A DNA stretch of 64,000 nucleotides from Eledone cirrhosa (GCA_964016885.1 OZ024762.1:23312001-23376000); one strand, 5' to 3'; positions 13,230 to 27,852 are shown, numbered from the stretch's first letter. Notes: generated by a model not told the origin, from the sequence alone. Numbers and translations: made by a program.

Positions 13230-13990
13230 CTGATGATAGTGATGGCTTATTGTAGAGGGGGAAGAAGTAGATTGTTTATGATGATGATGATGGCTTATTG
13301 TAGAGATGAGAGAAGAATCTAGATGATGATGATGGCTTATTGTAGAGGGGGAAGAAGTAGATTGTTTATGATGATGGTGATCGCTTATTGTAGAGATGAG
13401 AGAACAATGTAGATGATGGTGATGGCTTATTGGAGAGGGGAAAGAAGTAGATTGTTTATGATGATGGTGATGGCTTATTGTAGAGATGAGAGAAGTAGAT
13501 TGTTTATGATGATGGTGATGTCTTATTGTAGAGATGAGAGAAGAATGTAGATGATGATGATGGCTTATTGTAGAGGGGGAAGAAGTAGATTGTTTATGAT
13601 GATGGTGATGGCTTATTGTAGAGATGAGAGAAGAATCTAGATGATGATGATGGCTTATTGGAGAGGGGGAAGAAGGAGCATATTGTATATGATGATGGTG
13701 ATGACTTATTGTAGAGGGGAGAAAGGAATAGTATATAGGTGATGATGATGATGGCTTATTGTAGACGGGGAGAAGGAGTAGATTGTATATGATGATAATG
13801 ATGACTTATTGTAGAGGGGAGAAAGGAATAGTATATAGGTGATGATGATGATGGCTTATTGTAGACGGGGAGGAAAAGAATGTATATGACGAGGACGGTT
13901 TATTAGTGATGATGATACTGATGATGGTGATGGTTTATAGGTGATGATGATGATGGCTTATAAGTGATGAGGAGGATGAGGATGTGTATG
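13230..13990. repeat. ~41-45 bp purine-rich minisatellite (GATGATGGCTTATTGTAGAG...)
   Basis: Repeated core atggcttattgtagag with alternating spacers. Confidence 0.85.
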
Positions 13991-14011
13991 ATGATTGAAG
14001 TTGTTGCTGGC

Positions 14012-14097
14012 AGAGTTGACCTCGGCTGGATTTGAACTCAGATCGCCGGAGTGAATACAATAAAGCCTTCCATCCGGCGCTCTCCCGACTCTGGCAA
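14012..14097 (-). mobile_element. Diverged SINE head (relative of the Meta-SINE family)
   Basis: gttgacctcggctggatttgaactcag matches the family B-box region. Confidence 0.55.
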
Positions 14098-14164
14098 ATA
14101 GCGACCTATACTATAAATATAGAACGCTCCAAATTAATTTTTTGTGAGAATAAATAACACAAGA

Positions 14165-14590
14165 CACTCTACTCCACACAATTTCGCTTCACTCCACTCC
14201 TCCACTCCACTCCTCCACTCCACTTCACTTCACTCCACACTATTCCGCCCCACACCACTTCACTCCACTCCACACTACTCCGCTCCACGCTACTTCACTC
14301 ATCCACACCACGCCACTTCACTCGACTCCACGCCACTTCACTCGACTCCACGCCACTCCGTTCCACTCCACGCCACTCCATTCCACTCCACGCCACTCCG
14401 TTCCACTCCACGCCACTCCGTTTCATTCCACGCCGCTCCACTCCACTCCACTCCACTCCATTCCGCTCCACTCCACTCCATTCCACTCCACTCCATTCCA
14501 CTCCACTCCATTCCGTTCCACTCCACTCCACTCCATTCCGCTCTACTCCGCTCCACTCCGCTCTACTCCGCCCCACTCCGTTCCACTCTA
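14165..14590. repeat. (CTCCA)n pentanucleotide repeat
   Basis: Direct inspection. Confidence 0.9.
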
Positions 14591-15348
14591 CACCACGGCC
14601 GCTTCTTTCCCAATAACATTTTTCCACAGGACCTCTATTAACTAGGAAAACTTGATCCGTCCATTGATTGTAGGCGTTTATGCGTTTAGTACGTGAAGAA
14701 GGAATTCAGTGGGTTAAATAAGATATTCACTATCGAAAGCGGTGGAGAACCCGGCACAATTGCGGTTTCTTTCTTTGCGGGGGCTTTTCCTTGTTTCTAT
14801 TACTTGATTTTTGTAGGGTTTTTTTTGGGGGGGGGGGGGGGGGGGGGCTGGCTAAGGTTCTTATCTTCGATACAAAACTAAAACGAAGGGAAATCAATGG
14901 ATTCGTTGATGTGAAAATGAAATTGTAGGGAGAATGACAGAGGAATAAAAATATCAACTATAAAAGGCAACAGGGATGATGTATAAACACGGAGAGAAGA
15001 CAGCACGGTTTTCTACTGTCCAGAAAAATAATGGCGGAAACGAGAAAGAAGACATTTTGTTTTGATGTGTCCTTCAATAATATATTTTTATCATTTCTTT
15101 TATTGTATTGTTTGTATGGTCTTCGTGTGTTGTGTTGTTTGTTTGTTTCTTTGTCAGGTGTCAACCTCGATAAATGTTCAGAAATGTGTTATTTAGCCGC
15201 TAGCTATGATTGTGTGTGAATATATATATATATATATATATATCGGTGTGTGTAAGTATGTGTGTTTGTGTGTATGTGTATATATATACACACACGCACA
15301 CATATATACATACATACATGCACACATATATATATCGCTGTGCGGGTA

Positions 15349-15383
<35 letters not shown>

Positions 15384-15812
15384 GTAGGAGGTGAGTTTTA
15401 TTGTAGTACAATAAAGCAATGCAGATATCGGATAAGAAGCACTCTACAGTTTGTGGGACTGGAGTATGCATAATATAAGATCAAAAGATGGTTAAAGGAG
15501 TTCAATATATTTTATTATGCGCATTTCAAAAACAAACATCATCAAACAATAATATTTGTGTTTTCATCAGATAAAACAGGAGAACATGATATGAAGGCTA
15601 AAAAAACACTTGTTGATAGTGCAGTTTTAAATCAACATATGATATGTTGATTTAAAACTGCACTATCAACAAGTGTTTTTTTAGCCTTCATATCATGTTC
15701 TCCTGTTTTATCTGATGAAAACACAAATATTATTGTTTGATGATGTTTGTTTTTGAAATGCGCATAATAAAATATATTGAACTCCTTTAACCATCTTTTG
15801 ATCTTATATTAT
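15384..15812 (-). mobile_element. Penelope-like fold-back insertion, family A (tail + 343-bp palindrome with two hammerheads)
   Basis: Arms 15470-15640 and 15642-15812; hammerhead ttttat-CTGATGA-stem II-GAAA-tgcgca-TA-ataaaa at 15706-15772 (+) and 15510-15576 (-); tail 15384-15469 shared with 51461-51553. Confidence 0.75.
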
Positions 15813-15977
15813 ATATATATATATATATGTATGTATGTGTGTGTATATATATGTATGAGTGAAGTAATTCGGAAAGGTACAGGAAAAAAGATATATATAT
15901 ATATATATATATGGGTATATCTCTGAGTACGTATTTGTGGATATAGATGTAAAAATGTGCTTATGAATATATATGCT

Positions 15978-16018
<41 letters not shown>

Positions 16019-16101
16019 TATGCGTATGTGCGAAGATGGACACACACACAATATTCTATTTTTGTCACAACCTATTGATGTATCTATATTTTCCATTATT
16101 T

Positions 16102-16290
16102 GGCGGTGGATTGGCAGTATCGGCAGAGGGTCGAACGCCATGCTTTGACGCATAGAGTTACGGCCCTTGCCATTCTGAGTTCAAATTCCGCCGAGGTTAA
16201 CTTTGCCTTTCATCCTAACGGGGTCGATAAAATAAAGTACCAGTAATGCACTGGGTATTTGCTCGCCTTGTGCCTAAAGTAGAAACAATT
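16102..16290 (+). mobile_element. Meta-domain SINE, full length
   Basis: Family consensus with A/B boxes and tail. Confidence 0.85.
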
Positions 16291-16475
16291 ATTTGGTAGA
16301 ACAATTCACTTATTTTTCCTTGGCTACAAGGAGTTATTGGTAGTTAAACGTAGAGTACAGCAACATTTCGGATGTATTTAAAGTTAACTGTTGCATATAA
16401 TACAATATCTGATGTTCTAAACACCCGGACAATTCGTCACCTATATAGAGTACTTCCACAGGTGAATGTGTAGCG

Positions 16476-16500
16476 CAGAGGTTCTTAAACTTTTGGGGTC
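16476..16500 (+). mobile_element. Possible hAT/Charlie-type terminal inverted repeat
   Basis: CAGAGGTTCTTAAACTTTT resembles CAGGGGTTCTCAAACTT; no partner end seen. Confidence 0.25.
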
Positions 16501-16592
16501 ACCGCCCTCCTCACGGCTACGTAATACCCTAACTGTCACTCCAAATCTATTTCCAGATAGACCTGCCTACAGGTAAATTGTAAGTAAGATAT

Positions 16593-16774
16593 AATTGTTT
16601 TCTACTTTTGGCACAAGGCCAGCAATTATCTCAGTGCATTACTCGTACTTTGTTTTATCGACCCCGTAAGGATGAAAGGCAAAGTTTACCTCGGCGGGAT
16701 TTGAACTTAGACCATAAATGGCCGTAACTTTATGCTCCAACGCATGGCACCCAACCCTCTACCGATACTGCCAA
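16593..16774 (-). mobile_element. Meta-domain SINE
   Basis: Family consensus. Confidence 0.85.
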
Positions 16775-17022
16775 ATAATATATAATAAATAAAGTAAATA
16801 ACATTATATATACTATGTATATATTAGTATATATATATTATTTATACATAGTATATAAATATGTATAAATAAACATTTTTATTTTACTATATTTATATAA
16901 AATATGTATTATTTGATATTTTATATAATACTATACAAGAAAAAATCGGAGGGGATGGCAACAGCTCTTGTGTCGCAGAAGAGGGGCGAGGGATGAAGGG
17001 GGTGGGTGATTAGGTTTTGGCC

Positions 17023-17200
17023 CTAGAGCAAGAGGGCAGAAGTGCTGCGACCCGCTGACAAAACGGCAAAAGTATTCCCACAGACGATGGCCTGTGACAC
17101 CCGCTGCAACAGCCACCCAACCTCACGGGGCTCCCTCCTCAGACGGGCTGCCAACGCTCCGATCTTGCAGAGGAGCTCGGCAGTGCGGGATCCAAATACG
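17023..17200 (-). mobile_element. CRE-like non-LTR retrotransposon 3' fragment (restriction-like endonuclease C-terminus)
   Basis: ...REPREVGWLLQRVSQAIVCGNTFAVL fits the QRxSxAIxRGNA motif; homologous to 29086-29279. Confidence 0.6.
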
Positions 17201-17273
17201 TCTAATATAGACTGCTCCAGCTGGTCTAGACGATTTTGGCTGATATTTCCAGCGTCAATATAAGCCCAATATA

Positions 17274-17390
17274 AGGCGTGTGGCTGATTGGTTAGAGAAC
17301 TGGATTCGCAATCGTAAGGTTGTGAGTTCGATTCCTGGACCAGGCGATGCGTTATGTCCTTGAGCAAGACACTTTATTTCACGTTGCTCC
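17274..17390 (+). mobile_element. tRNA-derived SINE head with V-domain-like segment
   Basis: Same family as 242-348. Confidence 0.75.
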
Positions 17391-18111
17391 TTCTACCTGG
17401 ATTTGCGACCGATAGATAGTATAAGCAATTGGAAAGACCAACGGAAACCTTGTTTCCTCGGTCCGATTTGACGAAGGTCGATCACCTATATGAGCCCATT
17501 GTATATTTCTATTACATTAAGTGGAAAATGTTCATAAGGTGGAGCAATTCAAGAAGGCAGCTTCTGTAGATACATGGAGTGAACAAAGCAATGGTAACGA
17601 AACCGGACTTAGGGATTTTAGGAACTCTGGTACGTCTGTTACGTCATACGTCCTCATACGTCCTCATACGTCAATGCCCACAGAGACCTCATTAGGCTTT
17701 TTGACTAGATTCAGATATTGCTTGTATCATATGGAAGGTGACAGCCTTTACCGAATTACGTCACTTATCTCTGCAATTCGTACTGTTGACTTCAAGAGCG
17801 CTACTTATCGCTGCTAGCTCATCTTTCCGCTTGCTAACATCACACGATATATAAATACACCAGAGACAATGATATCAGTATCTTTAAAAGCAACTATGAA
17901 TAATAAAACAGGGAGATAGAAAAGAATTGAAGTGAAGTAGAGAAATGGGGGAAAGGAGAGAGAGATGTGACAAACTAAAGAGGAGAGCTCGCTTTACGTA
18001 TTTCAGTACGACTGTAAACTTTTCTCTAAATGCATCTGTGTGACTTCTAATGGCTGACATTCCGAAGTCCATTGGGGTGAGGAACAATGCATAGATACAA
18101 GTGTGTGTGTG

Positions 18112-18167
<56 letters not shown>

Positions 18168-18559
18168 TGTGTGTGCATATATATATATAGATGTTTGTGT
18201 GTGCACGTGTTTCCATGTATGCATGTATGTGTGCATATAGGGATGTGTGTGTGTGTGCATGTGTGTTCATGTGTGCATATGTGTGTGTGTGTGCTTGTGT
18301 GCATATATGTGTACAGGTGTTTCCCTGTATGCATATGTAAATTCATGTGTATGTCCGTGTGCAGATGTGTGTGTATATGTGTATACGTGTGTCAGTTTGC
18401 ATACATAGATGTGTGTGTGTGTGTGTGTATACGTGTGTGTGTGTGTGTGAGCGTGTGAGTGTGCATATATGTGTATGCATCTATATATATGTGTGTATAT
18501 ATGTGTGTGTGTGTGCGTGTACACATATATGTGTATATATGCGTGTCCGTGTGTGTGTG

Positions 18560-18627
<68 letters not shown>

Positions 18628-18869
18628 TGCGTACTGTGGCCTAATAGCTACCGAATTCTGTGCATTGTATCAGCAAATAAATCGCTTATTAGGTCGTATT
18701 GAGAGAGATAAAACGAGATTGAATTCTATTTAGCAGATATCAAACTATAATAGAACATGGAAGATTCATTGGGACTATTTAAACATTCATCGGCAAATCT
18801 GCCTTTAGAAAGGGGGACATGACCAAATATATGTAAATCTGTCCGGAGGCACTGAGAGACAAACACAAA

Positions 18870-19209
18870 TGCGTGTATATATATATGTATGTATATATAT
18901 ATATATGTGTATATATATATATATATGTGTATATATATCTATATGTGTATATATATCTATATGTGATTATATATATATATGTGTATATATATATATGTGT
19001 ATATGTGTATATATATATGTGTATATGTGTATATATATATATATGTGTATATATATATGTGTATATATATATGTGTATATGTGTATATATATATATATGT
19101 GTGTATATGTGTATATGTGTATATATATATATATGTGTGTATATATATATATGTGTATATATATATATATGTGTATATATATATATATGTGTATATATAT
19201 ATATATGTG

Positions 19210-19254
<45 letters not shown>

Positions 19255-19337
19255 GTGTATATATATATATGTATATATATATATGTGTATATATGTATAT
19301 ATATGTATATGTATATATATGTATATGTATATATATG

Positions 19338-19400
<63 letters not shown>

Positions 19401-19825
19401 GTATATATATGTATATATATATATATGTATATATTTATATATGTATATATATATATATGTATATATATATATGTGTATATATATACATATGTATATATAT
19501 ATATGTGTATATATATATATATGTGTATATATATATATATGTGTATATATATATATATGTGTATATATATATATGTGTATATATATATATGTGTATATAT
19601 ATATATGTGTATATATATATATGTGTATATATATATATGTGTATATATATATATGTGTATATATATATATGTGTATATATATATATGTGTATATATATAT
19701 ATGTGTATATATATATGTGTATATATATATGTGTATATATATATATGTATATATATATATGTATATATATATATGTATATATATATGTATATATATATGT
19801 ATATATATATATGTATATATATATG

Positions 19826-19866
<41 letters not shown>

Positions 19867-19902
19867 GTGTATAGATATATATATGTGTATATATATATAT
19901 AT

Positions 19903-19936
<34 letters not shown>

Positions 19937-19939
19937 ATG

Positions 19940-19970
<31 letters not shown>

Positions 19971-20063
19971 GTATATATATGTATATATATGTATATATAT
20001 ATATGTATATATATGTATATATGTATATATATATGTATATATGTATATATATATGTATATATG

Positions 20064-20112
<49 letters not shown>

Positions 20113-20307
20113 GTATATATATATATGTATATATATATATATGTATATATATATATGTATATATATATATATGTATATATATATATGTATATATATATAT
20201 ATGTATATATATGTATATGTATATATATATGTATATGTATATATATATGTATATGTATGTATATGTATATATATGTATATGTATATATATGTATATGTAT
20301 ATATATG

Positions 20308-20342
<35 letters not shown>

Positions 20343-20393
20343 GTATATATATATGTGTATATATATATGTGTATATATATATGTATATATATG

Positions 20394-20424
<31 letters not shown>

Positions 20425-20441
20425 GTATATGTATATATATG

Positions 20442-20496
<55 letters not shown>

Positions 20497-20548
20497 GTAT
20501 ATATGTATATGTATATATGTATATGTATAAATATATATATAAATATAT
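18870..20548. repeat. (TA)n/(TATG) microsatellite array
   Basis: Direct inspection. Confidence 0.95.
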
Positions 20549-21483
20549 ATGTTGTTATATTTGGGGAGGGTCATATTTGCGTAATATTGCCAGAATTAAT
20601 AACAGAACACACTCACTGTTTGGTTGGTTTTCGCTTCTCGCTGTCTTTTATATATATATATCTGCGATCTAACTTACTCGGTCCTCAATGTTGCCATTGA
20701 CTGACCGGCGGTCAAAAATAAAATAATACAGATACAATATAGACAAACACATATATATATAGTTTACATAAATCTTTCGTTGCACATCTGCAACATCGTC
20801 AGTGGTGTTATATTCATTGTTCCTCCTGTTGTGTTGTATGTCTACGCCATTTTTTTGTTCAGTCCGTCTATATATTTATTTATTTGTTTGCTTGTTTGTT
20901 TATCTTATTTTATTTTGTCTTCTTTGCGCATGCGTTTGCGTGTGTGATGTGTGACTAGTGTGTATAGTGTTGTCTCTGCTGGGTGACTAGTGTGTGTTTA
21001 TGTGCTTGTGTATGTATTTATTTATCTTATTTTATTTAATTTAATTTACTTATTTATTTATTTATACTTCTCTTAGGTCAGTGTTGTTTGTTTGGGTGTT
21101 GTTGTTGTTCCACTCATTCTTTCTGTTTAGCTTTGGTCTTCTAATTTCTATTTCACTGGCCTCTTTGATTTGCCTATCTGCTGGGTCATTCCTATGTTTA
21201 GATATTATTCTAATTTCTATGTTGTCTATGTTACCGTCATGATGTTGTCTAGCATGTTCGTATAGTACTGACCCGTTTTTTTCCTTTTAGTTCCCCCCAG
21301 TGTTGGTCTATCCTTTCACCTATGCTACGAGCTGTCTCACCTATGTATGTTGTTGTCGTGTTTCTACAAGTACCCTCTGTACATCTTATGCTATAGACTA
21401 CGTTTCTAGTTTTACAGTTTATCCCCAAATATAACAATATCTGTTTCGACACACGATTTCATATAAAAAACCTCGCAAAACTA
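20549..21483 (-). mobile_element. Penelope-like element 3' fragment, family B (GIY-YIG end + pLTR + inverted tail)
   Basis: Minus-strand GIY-YIG peptide, then pLTR with hammerhead CTGACGA-t-gttgca/tgcaac-GAAA (20765-20807, stem I weak); 21422-21483 is the family tail in opposite orientation. Confidence 0.8.
21249..21425 (-). pseudogene. GIY-YIG endonuclease fragment of Penelope-like element
   Basis: [13 protein letters not shown]...C...YIGETARSIGERIDQH: VVY/YIG plus conserved R and H, with Cys residues as in PLE endonucleases. Confidence 0.85.
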
Positions 21484-22094
21484 AATATATATGTATGTAT
21501 ATATATGTATATATATATCTATGTATATATATATGTATCTATATATATATGTATCTATATATATATGTATGTATATATATATGTATGTATATATATGTAT
21601 ATATATATCTATGTATATATATATATATATGTATCTATATATATATGTATGTATATATATGTATATATATATCTATGTATCTATATATATATGTATCTAT
21701 ATATATATGTATATATATATCTATGTATATATATATGTATCTATATATCTATGTATCTATATATATATGTATCTATATATATATGTATCTATATATATAT
21801 GTATCTATATATATATGTATGTATATATATATGTATGTATATATATATGTATGTATATATATATGTATGTATATATATATGTATGTATATATATATGTAT
21901 CTATATATATATGTATGTATATATATATGTATCTATATATATATGTATGTATATATATATGTATGTAGATATATATGTATGGATATATATATGTATGGAT
22001 ATATATGTATGGATACATATATGTATGTATACATATATGTATATATATGTATGGATATATATGTATGTATATGTATATATGTATGTATATATAT

Positions 22095-25000
22095 CTATCT
22101 ATCTAAGGCGGGTAAAATTCCCGAGATCCATGGACGAGTTCTCTCCAGCGGTCTCTGTCCCTCATTATCGCTGCCATATCCTGCATCTCCAACAGACCAG
22201 TGTCTGTCCTTAGGGCATCAACATATGTTAACCTTGGTCTTCCTCTTCTAGTGTGTCCATGTAGGGGCTCCCAAAGGAGCACTGAGTGCAATGTCAACTC
22301 TGGATGTCGGTGAGCATGTCCAGCCAACCTCAGTCTTCTCTGTGTCACTTTTGAGATGACTTTTGGGATGCTCCCATACAGCTCTGAGTTTTTCATCCTC
22401 AGTGTATACTGATTAATGTTCAGAGCCTACTCAGCATTCTCGTGTAGCACCCATTCACCATCTGAGTGAGTCTCTTGGTCAGTGTCCAAGTCTCAGACCC
22501 ATACAGCAGCACAGACTCCACTACAGCAATGAAGAGGCGGATTTTCAGGTCTCTACGAAGGTCCGACTTCCACACCGATCTCAAGCTGTGACACGCCGCC
22601 CAGGCCTTGCTCTTCCTCTCAACCACATCATCTTCCGTATTCCCAATCTTTGCTCCCAAATACAGGAAGTCCTCAACCAATTCCAGCGGCTTCCCGCCTA
22701 CATTAGTGATCCCCTCTGGCTTCTCAACATTCTCTACCAGATATTTTGTTTTAGTCTCATTCATTCTCAGCCCCACACTCATCGACACAGTCTCAACCTC
22801 CCGCATCAAATCCTCTGCCTCCTTCACTGTATTTGTCACCAAAACTATGTCGTAGGCAAATTCAGCATCCGATACCTTTTTCGCCCCAACTCTCCTGCTC
22901 TGAGCCGGTGCTACAATAAAGCCAGAGTCCTGGTGTTTCTCCAGTGCAAGGCGCATACAATAGTCCACTACGATGATAAAAAGGTAGGGAGCCAATGTAT
23001 CTCCCTGGAGCACTCCAGCCAGTATCTCAAAGAACTCTGTCATCCCATCAGGTGTAATGACTTGGGCTTTGGTGTTGGTGTAGAGCAGTGATATCAGGTC
23101 CACTATCCTCTTGGGGATTCCATAAGCCTGTAAGATCTTCATCAGGCAGTAACGGTCCACAGAATGAAAGGCCTTCCTAAAGTCAATGAAAACCATGACC
23201 GCAGGAAGGCACTTTGCTCTAGCTCCCTCTAATATCCTCCTCAGCATCAGGATGTGACTGGTGGTTGATCTACCCTCTCTGAAGCCGTTCTGGTTGTCCC
23301 TGAGCTTCTTCTCCATCTCAGGATGGATCCTGTTAAGAATCATCCTGTTGAGGGTCTTTGCCACAAGTGACGTCAATGAGATCCCCCGGTAGTTGTTGGT
23401 GTTAGAGAGATCTCCCTTCTTTGGCACTGGGACGATGTTACTGATCCTCCACTGATTCGGGGAAACTCCTTTCTCCAGTGCCCCGTTACAGAACCCCAGG
23501 ATGATATCATCAAAATCACACCTCTTCATCACCTCTGATGCCACTCCATCCTCTCCATGAGCCTTGCCCTCCTTGATCTTCTTCTTGGCTCTCTGAAGCT
23601 CCTCTCTGGTGAAGGGCTCTGTCTCAACATCCAGTTCCTCAAACAGCCGCCTGATCTCCCCAGTGCTCTGGGCTGTGGAGGGTGGCTCTCCTAATAGGGT
23701 CCTAAAATGGTCTAGCCATTTCCTCTTCCTATCCTCGGGCCCCGTTCCCTGGATCTGACTCGAACACCTTTTCTTCCTCCCTGTGATCTCGTTGATGATC
23801 ATCCAGCTCTCCTTACATCCAGATCTGTCAACCGCTCTCTCCACACTTCTGATCTTCTCTATCAGTGCCTCCTCTCTGACCTCAGTGTAAGCGGTACAGA
23901 GCTCTTCCCTCATCACCTCCACAGTCTCCATCCTCTCCTCCGTAGGATCAGCATAGAATTGGTCCCTGGCAGCTTTCAGGTGTTCTCTGGCTGCACACAC
24001 TTTTGGGTTTGCACAGCTGACGTGCTTCCCTTTGTTCTTTTTCCTCGGCACCAGGGTTTCACTTGCTTTCGCCACTGCATTGGTGAAGTGCCCGTACCTC
24101 TTCGTCACACTCTCCTCAGTCCATCCAATCTCTCTCTCCTCTGACTCTCCACACAGAGCACTAAACCTGTTTCTCACTTCCACTGTGAACCTCTCCTGTA
24201 GCTTATCATCTTCCTTGAAAGCTCCCCAGTCATAGATTGTTCTCCGGGGCTGAGCCTTGCTCTTTCTTAAGCTCACGCGGACCTCACTCATAACAAGCCG
24301 GTGGTCACTACCCAGTGTACTGAAATAGCTGTATGGTTCCGTGTTCAGAACACTATTCCGCCACTTTTTCCTCACCAGAATGAAATCAATCTGGGACTTG
24401 GACAGGTGCATATCTGAGATGTAGGTCCACATCTTCCCCAGATTCTTCCTAAACCTTAGGTTGGTCGCCATCAAGTTCGCCTCCAGCAGGGTGTCTCTCA
24501 GTAGTCTTCCATTTCGGTTGGTGTTGTTATGGAAGTACCAGCAAGGATCTTCACTGCCCTCCTTACTCAGATGTGCATTGAAGTCCCCCAAAACAAGCAG
24601 GATATTGTGTGCCTGAGTGGTGTTGACAGCTCTACACACCTCCTCATGGAACTCCTCCGCATTCACATCACTGTCCCCCTCGGTTGGACTATAGGCTGAG
24701 ATGACTGTCAGTCTTGGGTTTCCATTGAAGGTCACCCTCAACACTCGCGGGGAGATAGGCATTATTTCCCTCACCAACAGATTGGTTTTTGCACTGAACA
24801 CAAAACCCACTCCTCCTACTGCAGCGTTTGTTGTGTTCTTCACTGCCGATGTAGTGATGAGCTGGCTCTTCCTCCCGATCATCACACTCCTCACGGGCTC
24901 ATCGTGTAGAATCCTGTGTTCTTGGATCGCAAGTATCTGTATACCACTCTCCTCGAACAGATGTCCCAACTCCTCTCTCTTCTCCAGCGTTCGAATAGTC

Positions 25001-25260
25001 CTCACATTCAAAGTGCCCATTTTGATGGCTCTTCTGCAGGACAAAACTGCATTCTTTATATTTGTCTCAGAGACAGCTGATCCATCATCCACTGGCCCTC
25101 TCTGTGGCTCTAAGCCAGCAGAGTCATAACGACCAGGCTGATCCTTGACAGTGTAATTAGGGGCTCTAACGCTAGTGCTGTTAGATCGACTCTCCATATT
25201 TCTTTTCAATGGCTGACAATACCTTACCGGCGCCACTCGAGTAAGGTAGTTATTTAACCC
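22095..25260 (-). mobile_element. Near-full-length RTE-clade LINE flanked by (TA)n, with (TAGA)n 3' tail
   Basis: Single APE+RT ORF; 3' end also present at 60543-60810. Confidence 0.92.
22103..25236 (-). pseudogene. LINE ORF: apurinic-like endonuclease + reverse transcriptase (lightly disabled)
   Basis: APE motifs GTLNVRT, AIQE, LGDFNA, QIDFIL, SDH; RT motifs [32 protein letters not shown]; FADD appears as FAYD and KAFD as KAFH; 1-bp frameshift near 22428 separates the 938-aa and 97-aa ORFs. Confidence 0.9.
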
Positions 25261-25270
25261 ATATATATAT

Positions 25271-25306
<36 letters not shown>

Positions 25307-25409
25307 GTATGTATATGTATGTATATATATATATATGTATATATGTATGTATATATATGTATGTATGTATATATATGTATGTATGTATATATGTATGTAT
25401 GTATATATG

Positions 25410-25440
<31 letters not shown>

Positions 25441-25445
25441 ATATG

Positions 25446-25476
<31 letters not shown>

Positions 25477-25704
25477 ATATGTATGTATGTATGTATATAT
25501 GTATATATGTATGTATATATGTATATATGTATATATGTATGTATATATGTATATATATATGTATGTATGTATGTATATATGTATATATGTATATATGTAT
25601 GTATATATGTATATATATATGTATGTATATATGTATGTATATATGTATGTATATATGTATGTATATATGTATATATGTATGTATATATGTATGTATATAT
25701 GTAT

Positions 25705-25770
<66 letters not shown>

Positions 25771-26511
25771 ATGTATATATGTATATATATATATGTATAT
25801 ATGTATATATGTATATATATATATGTATATATATGTATATGTATATATATATATATGTATATGTATATATGTATATGTATATATTTATATATATGTATAT
25901 GTATATATATATATGTATATGTATATATTTATATATATGTATATGTATATATTTATATATATGTATATGTATATATTTATATATATGTATATGTATATAT
26001 TTATATATATATGTATATGTATATATTTATATATATATGTATATGTATATATTTATATATATATGTATATGTATATATTTATATATATATGTATATGTAT
26101 ATATTTATATATATATGTATATGTATATATTTATATATATATGTATATGTATATATTTATATATATATGTATATGTATATATTTATATATATATGTATAT
26201 GTATATATTTATATATATATGTATATGTATATATTTATATATATATGTATATGTATATATTTATATATATATGTATATGTATATATTTATATATATATGT
26301 ATATGTATATATTTATATATATATGTATATGTATATATTTATATATATTTATATATATATGTATATATATGTATATATGTATATATATGTATGTATTTAT
26401 ATATATGTATGTATTTATATATATGTATGTATATATATGTATATATTTATATATATGTATGTATATATATGTATATATATATATATATATATATAGATAT
26501 ATATATATATG

Positions 26512-26706
26512 AATTAGTTTAGCGAGGTTTTTTATATGAAATCGTGTGTCGAAACAAATATTGTTATACTTGGGGAGGGTCATATTTGTGTAATATTGCC
26601 AGAATTAGATCGCAGATATAAAAGACAGCGAGAAGCGAAAACCAACCAAACAGTGAGTGTGTTCTGTTATTAATTCTGGCAATATTACACAAATATGACC
26701 CTCCCT
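26512..26706 (-). mobile_element. Penelope-like family B fold-back remnant
   Basis: Tail 26512-26572, short arm gggagggtcatatttgtgtaatattgccagaatta, inverted arm 26608-26706. Confidence 0.75.
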
Positions 26707-26721
26707 ATATATATATGTATA

Positions 26722-26797
<76 letters not shown>

Positions 26798-26843
26798 TAT
26801 GTATATATATATATGTATGTATATATATATATGTATATATATG

Positions 26844-26876
<33 letters not shown>

Positions 26877-27079
26877 GTATATATATATATGTATATATAT
26901 ATGTATATATATATATATGTATATATATATGTATATATATATATATGTATATATATATGTATATATATATATATGTATATATATATATGTATATATATAT
27001 ATGTATATATATATATGTATATATATATGTATATATGTATATATATATATGTATATATATATATGTATATATATATGTA

Positions 27080-27124
<45 letters not shown>

Positions 27125-27354
27125 GTATATATATATATGTATATATATATATGTATATATATATATGTATATATATATATGTATATATATATATGTATAT
27201 ATATATATGTATATATATATATGTATATATATATATGTATATATATATATGTATATATATATATGTATATATGTATATGTATATATGTATATATATATAT
27301 GTATATATGTATATGTATATATATATATGTATATATGTATATGTATATATGTAT

Positions 27355-27436
27355 ATTTCGTTTCTGAATTTGTTTAGCAAGATTCTGGTGCGTGTGTTTC
27401 TTATTGGCAACATGACCCTCCCAAAGTATAACAATA
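27355..27436. mobile_element. Penelope-like family B' minimal remnant
   Basis: Tail end ttcgtttctgaatttgtttagcaagattct (as at 55382) joined to the oppositely oriented pLTR end (as at 55703-55752). Confidence 0.65.
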
Positions 27437-27690
27437 TATATGTATATATGTATATATATATATGTATATATGTATATGTATATATGTATATGTATATATA
27501 TATATGTATATATATATATGTATATATGTGTATATATATGTATATATGTGTATCTATATATATGTATATATATGTATGTATATATATGTATATATGTATA
27601 TATATGTATATATATGTATGTATATATATGTATATATATGTATATATATGTATATATATATGTATATATGTATGTATATATATATGTATG

Positions 27691-27721
<31 letters not shown>

Positions 27722-27852
27722 GTATATGTATATATATATGTATATATATGTATATATATATATGTATATATATATATATGTATATATATATATGTATATA
27801 TTTATATGTATATATATATATGTATATATATATATATGTATATATATATATG

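Noticed and set aside
17521-17817. 98-aa ORF as a host exon
   Set aside because: No recognisable domain or supported splice structure
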